From Opitutia bacterium (GTDB lineage Bacteria > Verrucomicrobiota > Verrucomicrobiia > Opitutales > Opitutaceae): 64,000 nucleotides of DNA. The stretch lies in contig PMBT01000026.1 of the NCBI GenBank assembly GCA_003153035.1, positions 296 to 64,295 on the forward strand, read 5' to 3'. Under the pieces are notes generated by a model that was not told where the DNA came from, made no database searches, and worked only from the letters and a program-made list of their open reading frames with translations. Of the stretch, positions 52,448 through 61,357 are shown one piece after another (within the stretch, counting starts at the first letter, position 1; each line of letters starts with the position of its first letter). The position numbers were made by a program, and so were the translations under genes.

Positions 52448-55243
52448 TCAGAACTCGAATTTCGCAGTGAGGGTGAACTTCCGCGACGGGATGAAGTTAT
52501 AATCCATCGGCTGCGTCCCATTGTAGCTTTGGAACACGAGCGTCTTGTTTCCGAACAGGTTGTCCACGTTGAGCTGGACCCGCGCATGGAGCTTATGGCC
52601 CATCGTGTCGAACGCTCTTGAATAGCCGACAAGGAGCGATTCCGTCGTGTAGGCGGTCGTCCGGTTCACCTGGTCGATCTGGCGCGCGCCCGTTTCGGTC
52701 GCACCGAAACCGATATCGAAACCCTTGAAGGTGTCGTCCGTGAAGCTATACGTAGCGAAGGCATTCCACATGGACTTGACCACACCGCCGGCGAGGGTGG
52801 GAATCGCCCAAATCGCGTAGTTATGCTGGGCCGTTGCGAGATCAGAGGCCAGTTTCTGGCTCTGGGTGGAGCTCCCGGCGGCCGCTACCTGCCATTCCGC
52901 CAGATGTTGATTGAAATATTTGAGGCCATCCACTCCGTCGTCGGTCCGTTGTCCCTTGGGAGCGGCATAGTGCACTTGCAGACGGATGTTCTTGGTCGGA
53001 TTAGCGGTCATCTCGAACTCGACGCCCTTATACTCCACGTTGTAGATGGTGTTATATTGCATCTGGGCAGTGACACCATTTATCTGACCGGCCGGCCCGA
53101 TGTCTCTCGCCGTGCCGCCAGCCGCCAGGTAGTCATTCCAAATGGTCTGGAAGTCGGCGCTATCGCCACCGATGACATCCGTTGCGGTGTCCTTATACCA
53201 CGTGGCTGAGGCGTAATATTTGCCATCAGTCGTGGAGACACGAATGCCAGCGTTTTTGCCTTTGCCAAAGGACGCCCCGCGCAAATCGCCGAACAGGCTG
53301 GGGGCCAGGCCACCGGCGGCCGGCTGGTAGTTGTCGGAGAGATTCGCGAAAAGCCCGAGCCAGTCTGTCACGTAGCCAATGGCCCCGACGGAGTAGGTGT
53401 TGCCAGCTCCATTGCCGACGACCGGTACATTGCCGGTACCGCGCAGGCCGACCTTGGTGACGTCATAGGTGTCGCGCCGGATGCCGAGTGAGATGTTCAG
53501 GCGGTCGTCCCAGAGGCGGGTCTGCGAGAATGCGCCATAGTATTTGATGGTCTGCTTCGAGTTGAAGTCATACCAGTTGAACGGCATCGCCTTGTAGATG
53601 ACACCGGCGGGCACGTTGAAAGCCGCCTGCGGTTTGTCCCAATACATCCGTCCCCAGACCATGTCCTGGGTCCAGTTGTTGGCGGTCCAGTTGACTTGGT
53701 TCGGGTCGTTAGCAATCCAATCGGCATTGAGCTGACGGGCATCATACTCGGTCACCTGTTCGCCAGCGGAGGCGCTAAGCACCTGCTTCAGGGGGACATT
53801 CCACAATTCCGTGTCGAAATGATACGAGAACTGTCCGCGGACCTCGTTCACCCAATGATCCTGAACCTGTTTATCGAGGAAGAAATCCGAATAGAGCTTG
53901 CCGTAGTTGGGATTCGTCTGGCCGCTGGGCAGCTGCTTGTTGAGGTCGTACTGCGCGTTGGTCGCGCCTTCGAAGTTGATCGAGTACTGGTCGTCGACAT
54001 AGCGGTAACCCGAAAGCTCCAAATCCATGTTTTTATTGATCCGTTGGTCGTAGGTCAGCGTCATGTTGAGAGCCTGGGGTTTTAGATAGCCGTCGCTCGG
54101 GGATACCGTGAATTCCCTGCTTGGCAGCGCCATGATGGCTGTGCCACCGGTCGGCGCGTAGTTGAAGGAAGAGGGTCTCAGGTAGGCGCCCCACGCAATG
54201 TTGTTCGTACCCATGGACCGCACGCCAGCGCCCCAGTTCACCACGGCGCCAGATCCGGCGACCAAGACATTATAGGGATTCAGGCCCCAGTCCGACATCC
54301 CTGTCACGCCGGGTGCGCCGGGAGTGGTTTGGGGGTTGGCCCCTTGGTTGGGGATGGCAGCTCCCCAAGTGGCGGCGTTGGTTGTTCCGTTCCAGAGAGA
54401 GGCATTGTCCTGATAGGTCGCGCCGTAGATCGCCTTCTTTTCCTTCCAGCCTTCAATCTCAAAGCGCAGATGTCCATTGTCGTGGAAGAACTTCCAGTCA
54501 CCGGCAAGATCGGCGCCCAGTTTCTTGTGATAGTCGCCGTCTCTCCAGCCCTTCTCGTTCGCAATTACAGCGTTCACCCGGAGGGCGAGATCGCCCACGG
54601 ACTGGTTTGCGTCGATCGTGCCGCGATAGCCGCCGTAACTGTCGAGACCGAGGTTGAAGGTGTTGAAGTTCTTGTCGAACCGCGCCGTCTTGGTGTAGCT
54701 GCTCACCGCGCCACCGATGTCGCCGATGCCGAACAGAATGGAATTCGGACCTTGGTCGAACTCGATGCGCTCGATATTGTAGGTGTCCATCACCGTGTAG
54801 ATCGGGAAGTAGTTCTTCGTCGGGGGATTCCCGCCTTGCACATTTGCGCCACCGCGGGTGCTGATCGACCAGTAGTTGAACACTCCGCCGCCCGAGCCGC
54901 CCGACATACCACTTCGATCTGAGGCGGTAACAGTGTTGAGCGACCATTTCAAAACGTCATTCACATTGGTGAGCGACAAGTCGTCGAGGAAGGCCCCGGT
55001 TAGCGATGACATTGGGGCCGGGGTCACCCGGATGGGTGCGGCCTGCCGGCCGCCGGCGAGTGAATCGGTGGCGATGTAGCCGTTGTCCTTGTCGGTGTTG
55101 ACGGTGAACGTGTCCATCACGACCGTCTTTTCAGGCTCCGGGGCCGTCGGCGGCGGGGTGGAAGTCTGTGCCAATAGCGGGGCCTGCAGCCCCAGTGCCA
55201 GCGCGAACGCGGGCACGATGGTATGAATCATCCTGGTTTTCAT
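52448..55243 (-). CDS. TonB-dependent outer-membrane receptor (no adjacent SusD)
   Basis: The signal peptide is MKTRMIHTIVPAFALALGLQAPLLAQ. The plug motif is YNIERIEFDQGPNSILFGIGDIGG. A long beta-barrel ends in the terminal ...FTLTAKFEF (C-terminal Phe). Confidence 0.9.
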   Translation of the reverse strand: MKTRMIHTIVPAFALALGLQAPLLAQTSTPPPTAPEPEKTVVMDTFTVNTDKDNGYIATDSLAGGRQAAPIRVTPAPMSSLTGAFLDDLSLTNVNDVLKWSLNTVTASDRSGMSGGSGGGVFNYWSISTRGGANVQGGNPPTKNYFPIYTVMDTYNIERIEFDQGPNSILFGIGDIGGAVSSYTKTARFDKNFNTFNLGLDSYGGYRGTIDANQSVGDLALRVNAVIANEKGWRDGDYHKKLGADLAGDWKFFHDNGHLRFEIEGWKEKKAIYGATYQDNASLWNGTTNAATWGAAIPNQGANPQTTPGAPGVTGMSDWGLNPYNVLVAGSGAVVNWGAGVRSMGTNNIAWGAYLRPSSFNYAPTGGTAIMALPSREFTVSPSDGYLKPQALNMTLTYDQRINKNMDLELSGYRYVDDQYSINFEGATNAQYDLNKQLPSGQTNPNYGKLYSDFFLDKQVQDHWVNEVRGQFSYHFDTELWNVPLKQVLSASAGEQVTEYDARQLNADWIANDPNQVNWTANNWTQDMVWGRMYWDKPQAAFNVPAGVIYKAMPFNWYDFNSKQTIKYYGAFSQTRLWDDRLNISLGIRRDTYDVTKVGLRGTGNVPVVGNGAGNTYSVGAIGYVTDWLGLFANLSDNYQPAAGGLAPSLFGDLRGASFGKGKNAGIRVSTTDGKYYASATWYKDTATDVIGGDSADFQTIWNDYLAAGGTARDIGPAGQINGVTAQMQYNTIYNVEYKGVEFEMTANPTKNIRLQVHYAAPKGQRTDDGVDGLKYFNQHLAEWQVAAAGSSTQSQKLASDLATAQHNYAIWAIPTLAGGVVKSMWNAFATYSFTDDTFKGFDIGFGATETGARQIDQVNRTTAYTTESLLVGYSRAFDTMGHKLHARVQLNVDNLFGNKTLVFQSYNGTQPMDYNFIPSRKFTLTAKFEF

Positions 55244-55315
55244 GGTAGTCTGGGTTATGCGTTCGAGAGTTGCTGTTGTTTGGTGTTGTTTACTGTCGGG
55301 GAAGAATCGTCGGGG

Positions 55316-58111
55316 CTACTCGAGGCGCAGCGTGCCGAGCCCAAAGCGTTCGTCGCGGCGGTCGTAATAGCGCCAGTTCAACTTCAATGATGGCTCCCAT
55401 TCGAAGGAGCCCTCTGAGACCACCGCGGGGGAAACGCCAATCACAAGGCCGGAGCGGGGCGTGAGCCCCAAGTCCGACCAGGGGATGTCGGCCTCGACTT
55501 CATAGCCCTGGTCCGTGCGCCGGACCTCCCCCTGCACCGGGCGGTTGTGGAACCACTCCGTCACCGCGCCGTTGGCCCGGAAGCTGAACTGGCTGTCATC
55601 CGCACCAGACCAGACGAGACCATCGTTTTTCGGGTCGACGAACAATTCCACGCCGTTGCGCGGCGAGGGGGTTGTCAGCTTGGGAAGTTCATCCATCACC
55701 TCGGCGTGGAAGTGCAGCGCGGCCTGGTCCCAGGTGAAGGCGAAGCGCATCGCGAGCGCCGGGTCGCCCGGCCGGATGTCAGCCACGGAATCCTTGAATT
55801 CCAGGCCGGCCACCCGGGTCCACCTCCACTGGTCGCGCGGCGCGGTGGCGGACACGGCGACTGCCAGGCGCTCGGGCGGCACCAATTCCGGCCCGGCCAA
55901 TTGTCTCCGGTACAGGATCGAGTTGTTGCGACCGAACGCTGCTTCGACGAACTCCGGGATCGCCGCGCGGCCGGCCTGAACCAGCGGATCTTGCTGGAAC
56001 CATTGCCGGATGCAATCGGGCACAAGGAGGTTGGCCACAGTGATGAGCAGCGCGGCTCGGTCCTCCGCTGATGTCTTTTCGATCCACTCCGCCGGCGGCG
56101 GCGCCCTGTCTAAATGTGCAACCGTCGTCGCGGGGAATTCCGCCAGGAGCAACGCAGTCGTTAGCACGTCGTAAGGAAAAGTCTTCGCTGCGCCGGAGTC
56201 CTCTCTGAGTCGCGCGTAGGCAAACTGTGCCGCCGATGCTCCCGAGATGATCGATCGCTCGTCGAGCCAGAGCCCGGGTAGCAATTGGTCACGGACGTTT
56301 ACCGGCGCGAGCACGTAAACCGGTCCAAAAGGCTGCGGCGTGCGTTCCAGCCCGGTCCAAGCCGACGGCGGGCGGGCGCCTGCGGCCACCTGGAAAAACG
56401 TCGTCAGCCGATCCACGGCGCCTAGCTGGTCCGATACGGCCGGAATCGTCTTCCAGTCAATCGCGGTCAGGCGGCGCGTCGCTTCCGCCGCCAGACTTGG
56501 GATCGCCTGGCGCAGCGTGGCCAGGCCTGCGGCATACTCCGCCACCGCGACCCCGTCCTGCGCCGCCGGCGCCGTGCGCAACAATGCCCCGGCCCGGGCC
56601 GCCGCCTCCGCGCTAGAGATAAAACCGAGCGTCTCGGCCGCGATGATCGATGACAGCTCCAATCCCACCGTAACGCCCGGCGTCGCTCCAAGCGATTTCC
56701 ACGCCCGGGCCGCCAGCTCGCGCAGTTCATCGTGGCCGGGTCCGGTCAGATCGCGGCTCGTCGAGACGAACCCGGCGCGGGCCAGCGCCCGCTGGACCTC
56801 AGGCGCCCCCATGAACAACGACCAGACGAAGCCGGTCCGGACGTTTTCCGCCTGTAGCAGCGTGATTCCCAGATCGATGCCGATGACATCCGGATTGACC
56901 CACCCTGTCTCGGGGTTGAAGGCATCCACAAAACCGTAGCGTTTCCAGATGCGATCGCCGTAGGCGGTGCGCATGTATTGGAGCGCCGTCAGAGTCTCGC
57001 CAGGGGCAAAGGGCAACGAACCCGCCGGCGCGCATGGCACGATCGTGCCGTCGAGCGCGTTGAAATCAGTGGTGCGCGGCGGCCCCCCCCAGGCCTTGTA
57101 GCCGGTTGCGGAATCGGAGGCGGTGAGGCCCCACAGTTTTTCGCCCCAATGGGGAAATTCCGACCGCAGATCCATGCAGAATTTTCGCTGCGCCAGCGTG
57201 GCCAGGGTGGAGTTCAGGAAATAATCCGCATATGCATCCCGCAGGCCGCGAAAATCGCAGTAGGCCTGGGCGAATTGATGCACGAACAACTGCGCCCCCT
57301 GAATGTAATGGTAACCGCCGTAGCTGCCGAGCGGTGCGCGGGCCCAGGCGCTCCAGAGTTCCGGCTCGATCGGCCGCTCGGGCGCGCCCAGCCCCAGCAG
57401 GGTGAGCAGCTTCAGCTCCGAGTACCGATCCCAGCGGAAGCGCGAGAAACCCGTCTCGTCGAACCAGCCCATCGCGAAGGTCCTCCCGCCGTTGAGAAAC
57501 CAGTGCCAGTCCACCTCGCGATAGAGTTGGTCGACCAGCCTGGTGATCTCGGGGTCGTGGAAGTACTCGCGCGCCGCGATGGCGCCGGCGAGAAACAACC
57601 CGGTGTCGATGGTCGAGATCTCGCACTTCCACGCGCGCGCCCCGGTATCCATCTCCATGAAGTGGTAGAAGAAGCCGTGCTGGCGCCGAGCCTCGGTGGC
57701 GAGGAAGCGCAGCAGGGTCTGCACGCGCCGCACTGCCGTCGAGCGCTCCATCCAGCCCCGCTCGGTGCCCACCGCCCAGGCGCTGAGGGCGAAACCGGTC
57801 GCCGCGATGCTGGCCTTGCCTTCGGTCGGCGAGCCGTCGGCCCGCGCCCGGTCGCGCACCAGACCAGTACGGGGATCCGCCTGCTCCGAGAAATAGCGAA
57901 AGGACGCCATCTCCAGCTCGTTGAGAAACGCATCATCGGCAGCCGGCAGCTTCACCACCGCCCGCGCCCCCGGCCGTTCGCCGGCCCCGCCCTGCATCAC
58001 CGTTTCTTCGCGCGGCGTTTCCGCCCGCCCTCGCCCGCCTGCAAGCAAGAGGACGAGCGCGCCCAGAAAGAGCCGACGTGGTGACGCCGCGGGGATGCGA
58101 AACGGAGCCAT
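55316..58111 (-). CDS. GH144-type (DUF3131) candidate beta-1,2-glucanase, with an unassigned central region and a C-terminal CBM9-like module
   Basis: The N-terminus has an RR motif (SPRRLFLGALVLLLAG, Tat-like). Catalytic blocks are ASFRYFSEQADPRTGL, IAATGFALSA, HGFFYHF, LWGLTASD and RYGFVDAFNPETGW. The C-terminal module is ALHFHAEVMDE...GVELFVDPKNDG...DSQFSF...GYEVEADIPWSDLGL (CBM9/DOMON-like pattern). Confidence 0.82.
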   Translation of the reverse strand: MAPFRIPAASPRRLFLGALVLLLAGGRGRAETPREETVMQGGAGERPGARAVVKLPAADDAFLNELEMASFRYFSEQADPRTGLVRDRARADGSPTEGKASIAATGFALSAWAVGTERGWMERSTAVRRVQTLLRFLATEARRQHGFFYHFMEMDTGARAWKCEISTIDTGLFLAGAIAAREYFHDPEITRLVDQLYREVDWHWFLNGGRTFAMGWFDETGFSRFRWDRYSELKLLTLLGLGAPERPIEPELWSAWARAPLGSYGGYHYIQGAQLFVHQFAQAYCDFRGLRDAYADYFLNSTLATLAQRKFCMDLRSEFPHWGEKLWGLTASDSATGYKAWGGPPRTTDFNALDGTIVPCAPAGSLPFAPGETLTALQYMRTAYGDRIWKRYGFVDAFNPETGWVNPDVIGIDLGITLLQAENVRTGFVWSLFMGAPEVQRALARAGFVSTSRDLTGPGHDELRELAARAWKSLGATPGVTVGLELSSIIAAETLGFISSAEAAARAGALLRTAPAAQDGVAVAEYAAGLATLRQAIPSLAAEATRRLTAIDWKTIPAVSDQLGAVDRLTTFFQVAAGARPPSAWTGLERTPQPFGPVYVLAPVNVRDQLLPGLWLDERSIISGASAAQFAYARLREDSGAAKTFPYDVLTTALLLAEFPATTVAHLDRAPPPAEWIEKTSAEDRAALLITVANLLVPDCIRQWFQQDPLVQAGRAAIPEFVEAAFGRNNSILYRRQLAGPELVPPERLAVAVSATAPRDQWRWTRVAGLEFKDSVADIRPGDPALAMRFAFTWDQAALHFHAEVMDELPKLTTPSPRNGVELFVDPKNDGLVWSGADDSQFSFRANGAVTEWFHNRPVQGEVRRTDQGYEVEADIPWSDLGLTPRSGLVIGVSPAVVSEGSFEWEPSLKLNWRYYDRRDERFGLGTLRLE

Positions 58112-58207
58112 GGGAACAACCTGGCGAGCGGGGTAGGATTTTAAGAGGGTCCGTCGCAGCCGGGCCTACCGGGGCCGGGTTGCACGGAAATGCAACGTAA
58201 CTGACAA

Positions 58208-58224
58208 CGTTTGCATTGCAAACG
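58208..58224. promoter_or_regulatory. Candidate LacI-family operator O1: CGTTTGCATTGCAAACG (perfect 17-bp palindrome)
   Basis: Read directly from the sequence. It is about 97 nt upstream of the GH144 gene start (58111), inside an unusually AT-rich stretch (58185-58300). Confidence 0.6.
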
Positions 58225-58283
58225 GAAAATGCCAAAACCCTCATTTTTTCACCTAACGATGGCACAACTAATCAAGTCGTTAT

Positions 58284-58297
58284 TGCAAACATTTGCG
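58284..58297. promoter_or_regulatory. Candidate LacI-family operator O2: TGCAAACATTTGCG
   Basis: ATTGCAAACATTTGC is shared exactly (15 nt) with the site at 59742-59755, and the full 20-nt context matches at 18 of 20 positions. It is about 173 nt upstream of the GH144 gene start. Confidence 0.6.
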
Positions 58298-58425
58298 TTC
58301 TCCTGTCAGTCGCGCTGGACCGGGGCGGATGGCGCGGACAGCCTTCGTATTTACCCAACGCGCCAGGTGCTTTTCCTCGTGTCGTGCCGGAGAAGTTCCA
58401 TGGCAAATCTGCGGTCGAGATGGGG

Positions 58426-58549
58426 TGTAGGAAGCCCGCTTGCGGGCGATGATTCCTCTGCCATCCCCCTTCGCCAGGACTTCCGCCTCGCGGCCCAGCC
58501 TATGGCGGACAGGACGGAGGACAGGTCGCGCGCAAGCGCGCTTCCTACA
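58426..58549. repeat. REP-doublet (REPIN-like) copy 3 with long spacer: TGTAGGAAGCCCGCTTGCGGGCGAT ...74 nt... GTCGCGCGCAAGCGCGCTTCCTACA
   Basis: Same head (GTAGGAAGC) and GC(A/T)(A/T)GC-centred stems as copies 1 and 2. The stem sequences differ but remain self-complementary. Confidence 0.75.
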
Positions 58550-58563
58550 GATGCGAAGTTGGC

Positions 58564-59637
58564 CTAGACTGGCTGGGTCGACTCGCGGATCACCAGGGCC
58601 GCCGGCATCTCATGGAGGACCGGCCGCCGGGCCTTGCCCGGCGCGCCCGCCGCCTCGACCACCAACCCGACCGCCCGCTCCGCCATGTCCGCCAACGGCT
58701 GACGGATGGTGGTCAGCGCCGGCCGGCAGGCCGTCGCCCACATCCCGTCATCAAACCCGACCACCGAGACATCCTCCGGGCAGCGCAGTCCCGCCAGGTT
58801 CGCCTCATGGATCGCGCCAAAGGCGATTTCGTCATTGGCACAGCAGAGCCCCGTGGGCCTGTCCCCGGAACCGAGGAAACGTGCGAAGCCCTCCCGTCCG
58901 GTCTCGGCACTGAACGGACCTTCGTAAATCCACTCGGCGCGCGGCGTCACCCCTGCTTTTTCCAGCGCATCGAGATATCCCTGCCTGCGCTCGTGGACAT
59001 CGCGGGAGGCGCTGGGGCCCAGCAGCAGCCCGATCCGCCGATGCCCGAGCTGCAGCAACAAGCTCGCCGCCGATTGGGCCCCGGCAAAATTGTTCACCCC
59101 CACCACCGGCACCCCAAAGTCGCTCACAGCGGTCTCAGGCGGCAGCACGGACTTGGCGACCACAAACGGCCGCCGGTAGCCGTGCAATTCCTGCAGATCT
59201 TTGAGCAGCAATGGCTCGGCCAGGTAGATGATGCCGGAGGAATCCATGCTCAGGTGCTGCATGGCCTCGCGAAAGCTCGCGCCGGGCTTCCGGTTCAGGG
59301 TGCAGATTTGCACGCCCCACCCGCGCGCCGCCGCCGCGTGCAGCGTGCCCGCCAGAAACCGGCCGTAAAACTCGGAAAAGAAAATGTTTTCATCCAACGG
59401 CACCACGACCGTCAGGGTGGAATTGATCCCCCGGCGCAGCATGCGGGCCCCGGGATTGGGGGAGAAATTCTGCTGCTCCGCCAGATCGAGGATGACTTTG
59501 CGGGTTTCCGCACTCACCAGATGAGCCGTTTCCGGTCGCAGCGCCCGCGAGACGGTCGAGGGGGACACGCCGAGACGCTCTGCGATCTGCACAATGCCCA
59601 CCCTGGTTGGCCGCGAGGAGGAGGATCGGATGGGCAT
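58564..59637 (-). CDS. LacI-family transcriptional regulator
   Basis: Trimmed to ATG 59637: MPIRSSSSRPTRVGIVQIAERLGVSPSTVSRALR (LacI HTH). A periplasmic-binding-protein-like sugar-binding core follows (VVPLDENIFFSEF..., VVGFDDG). Confidence 0.9.
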   Translation of the reverse strand: MPIRSSSSRPTRVGIVQIAERLGVSPSTVSRALRPETAHLVSAETRKVILDLAEQQNFSPNPGARMLRRGINSTLTVVVPLDENIFFSEFYGRFLAGTLHAAAARGWGVQICTLNRKPGASFREAMQHLSMDSSGIIYLAEPLLLKDLQELHGYRRPFVVAKSVLPPETAVSDFGVPVVGVNNFAGAQSAASLLLQLGHRRIGLLLGPSASRDVHERRQGYLDALEKAGVTPRAEWIYEGPFSAETGREGFARFLGSGDRPTGLCCANDEIAFGAIHEANLAGLRCPEDVSVVGFDDGMWATACRPALTTIRQPLADMAERAVGLVVEAAGAPGKARRPVLHEMPAALVIRESTQPV

Positions 59638-59741
59638 GGGGTGTTGAAGTCGGTTCACATTCTGAAGGGCCGGGAGCGGCGGCGGCAAGCATTCCCACCT
59701 GACAGCCCACTCCGGATGGTTCTAGTGATTCAATTTGGGAT

Positions 59742-59755
59742 TGCAAACATTTGCA
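59742..59755. promoter_or_regulatory. Candidate LacI-family operator O3: TGCAAACATTTGCA
   Basis: Palindromic half-sites TGCAAA/TTTGCA. It is centred in the divergent region, about 105 nt from the lacI-family start and about 98 nt from the MFS start. Confidence 0.65.
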
Positions 59756-59852
59756 TTCGGATTTCTATCCGCGCGCAGCCACCCCGAGGTCGACATTATC
59801 AGGCCATAACCCCAGCATTTCACCGGCCGATTGCCCCGGCCCCGGCTTAATC

Positions 59853-61289
59853 ATGAATCCACAGAAGCACCATCTTACCGCCCCGGCGGACAGAATTCCG
59901 GTGCCTCAGAAGATCGCCTACGGCCTGGGGGCCGTGGTCACGATCGTCGCGGTGAACTCAGTCCAGCAGCTAAGCGGACTCGTCTATGTGGTCGGGTTGG
60001 GAATCAGCGTGGTCTGGATCAACTGGGCCCAGGCGTTCCCGCGGTTGTGGGATGCCGTGGTGGATCCGTTCCTGGGCAACCTGTCCGACAACTCACGTTC
60101 ACGATTCGGCCGGCGGATCCCCTTTCTCGTGATCGGGGGAATCCTGATCGGAATCGCGTTCTGGCTGCTCTGGGCGGTGCCGCGGGACTGGAGCAAATCC
60201 GGGATGTTTGCCTACTTCGTCGTGGTCTCGCTCTTTTTCTACACAGTCATCCCCATTTACGCGATTCCTCACGGGGCGCTGGGACTTGAGATGACCGAGG
60301 ACTATCACGAGAAGACCAGCCTATTCGCCTACGCCAGCTTCGTCGGCAATGTGGGTGCCTTCACGCTTCCGTGGATTTACTACCTGGCCAACCGGCCGAT
60401 CTTCGGAGGCGACGCCGTGAAAGGGATCAAATGGGTGTGTCTCGGGATGAGTGTCCTGCTCACGGCGTGCGCGCTCACCTGCGCCCTGGTCTGCAAAGAG
60501 GCCAAGCTGAAGCAGGCGAAGTCGCAGGAGAAGGTGCCGATCTGGGAGAGCTTCAAGACCACGTATCGGAACCCGACCTTCCTGCGGCTCGTGCTGGTGT
60601 TTGTGCTGCTGATCGTCGGATTCCAGCTCGTCATGGGATTCAACAACTACATCTCCATCTTCTACCTTTTCGGGGGCAACAAGGACGCGGCTTCCACCCT
60701 TATGGGCGAAAATGGCACCCTCTGGGCCGCGATCGGGCTCGCGGGCGTCTTTCCGATGACGTGGTTGTCCAAGCGGTATGGCAAGCGGGCCACGGTCATG
60801 GTCGCGCTCGGGATCATGATCGTGGGGAACCTGTCGAAGATCCTGTGCTACAGCCGGACGTATCCCTGGCTGACGTTCATCCCGACCGTGGGGCTGTCGC
60901 TCGGCATGGTGTTCTCTTTCACGCTCGTCAACTCGATGATCGCCGACATCTGCGACGAAGACGAATTCGCGACGGGCATCAGAAGGGAGGGTATTTATTT
61001 CGCCGTCTACAACTGGTGGTGGAAGGTGGCGGTCTCGATCGCCACGGTCGTCAGCGGCTATGTGCTCCGATTCACGGGCTTCCAGGAGGGCCTGCCCACC
61101 CAGACCGAGGCCACGCTCTTCTGGATCAGATTCTGGGAAATCGGGCTGCCCCCGTGTCTGTGCCTGATCAGCCTGATCTTGCTGGTCAAATACCCGCTGA
61201 CTGAAGAGCGGGCCTACCAGATCAAGGGACTGCTGGCCGCCAAGCGCGCGCAGCGCCTGGCGACCGCTGCGGTGGAACCCGCCTCCTAG
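59853..61289 (+). CDS. Glycoside-pentoside-hexuronide (GPH):cation symporter family MFS transporter
   Basis: Trimmed to ATG 59853 (MNPQKHHLTAP...). WDAVVDPFLGNLSDNSRSRFGRRIPFLV is the GPH/MelB-type loop 2-3 signature. About 12 TM segments. Confidence 0.88.
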   Translation: MNPQKHHLTAPADRIPVPQKIAYGLGAVVTIVAVNSVQQLSGLVYVVGLGISVVWINWAQAFPRLWDAVVDPFLGNLSDNSRSRFGRRIPFLVIGGILIGIAFWLLWAVPRDWSKSGMFAYFVVVSLFFYTVIPIYAIPHGALGLEMTEDYHEKTSLFAYASFVGNVGAFTLPWIYYLANRPIFGGDAVKGIKWVCLGMSVLLTACALTCALVCKEAKLKQAKSQEKVPIWESFKTTYRNPTFLRLVLVFVLLIVGFQLVMGFNNYISIFYLFGGNKDAASTLMGENGTLWAAIGLAGVFPMTWLSKRYGKRATVMVALGIMIVGNLSKILCYSRTYPWLTFIPTVGLSLGMVFSFTLVNSMIADICDEDEFATGIRREGIYFAVYNWWWKVAVSIATVVSGYVLRFTGFQEGLPTQTEATLFWIRFWEIGLPPCLCLISLILLVKYPLTEERAYQIKGLLAAKRAQRLATAAVEPAS

Positions 61290-61357
61290 CCCGGATCTTC
61301 CGCAGGGCTGATGGCACAACCAAACCGTTTTACAGAAGTAACGGAGGAACCTGGAAG

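Noticed and set aside
52448-55243. Reading the TonB-dependent receptor as SusC of a Bacteroidota-style PUL
   Set aside because: No SusD-like lipoprotein gene follows it. The neighbouring genes are a GH144-type gene and a phosphorylase, and the genome context (high GC, ADOP permease, CRTAC1 protein) does not look like Bacteroidota.
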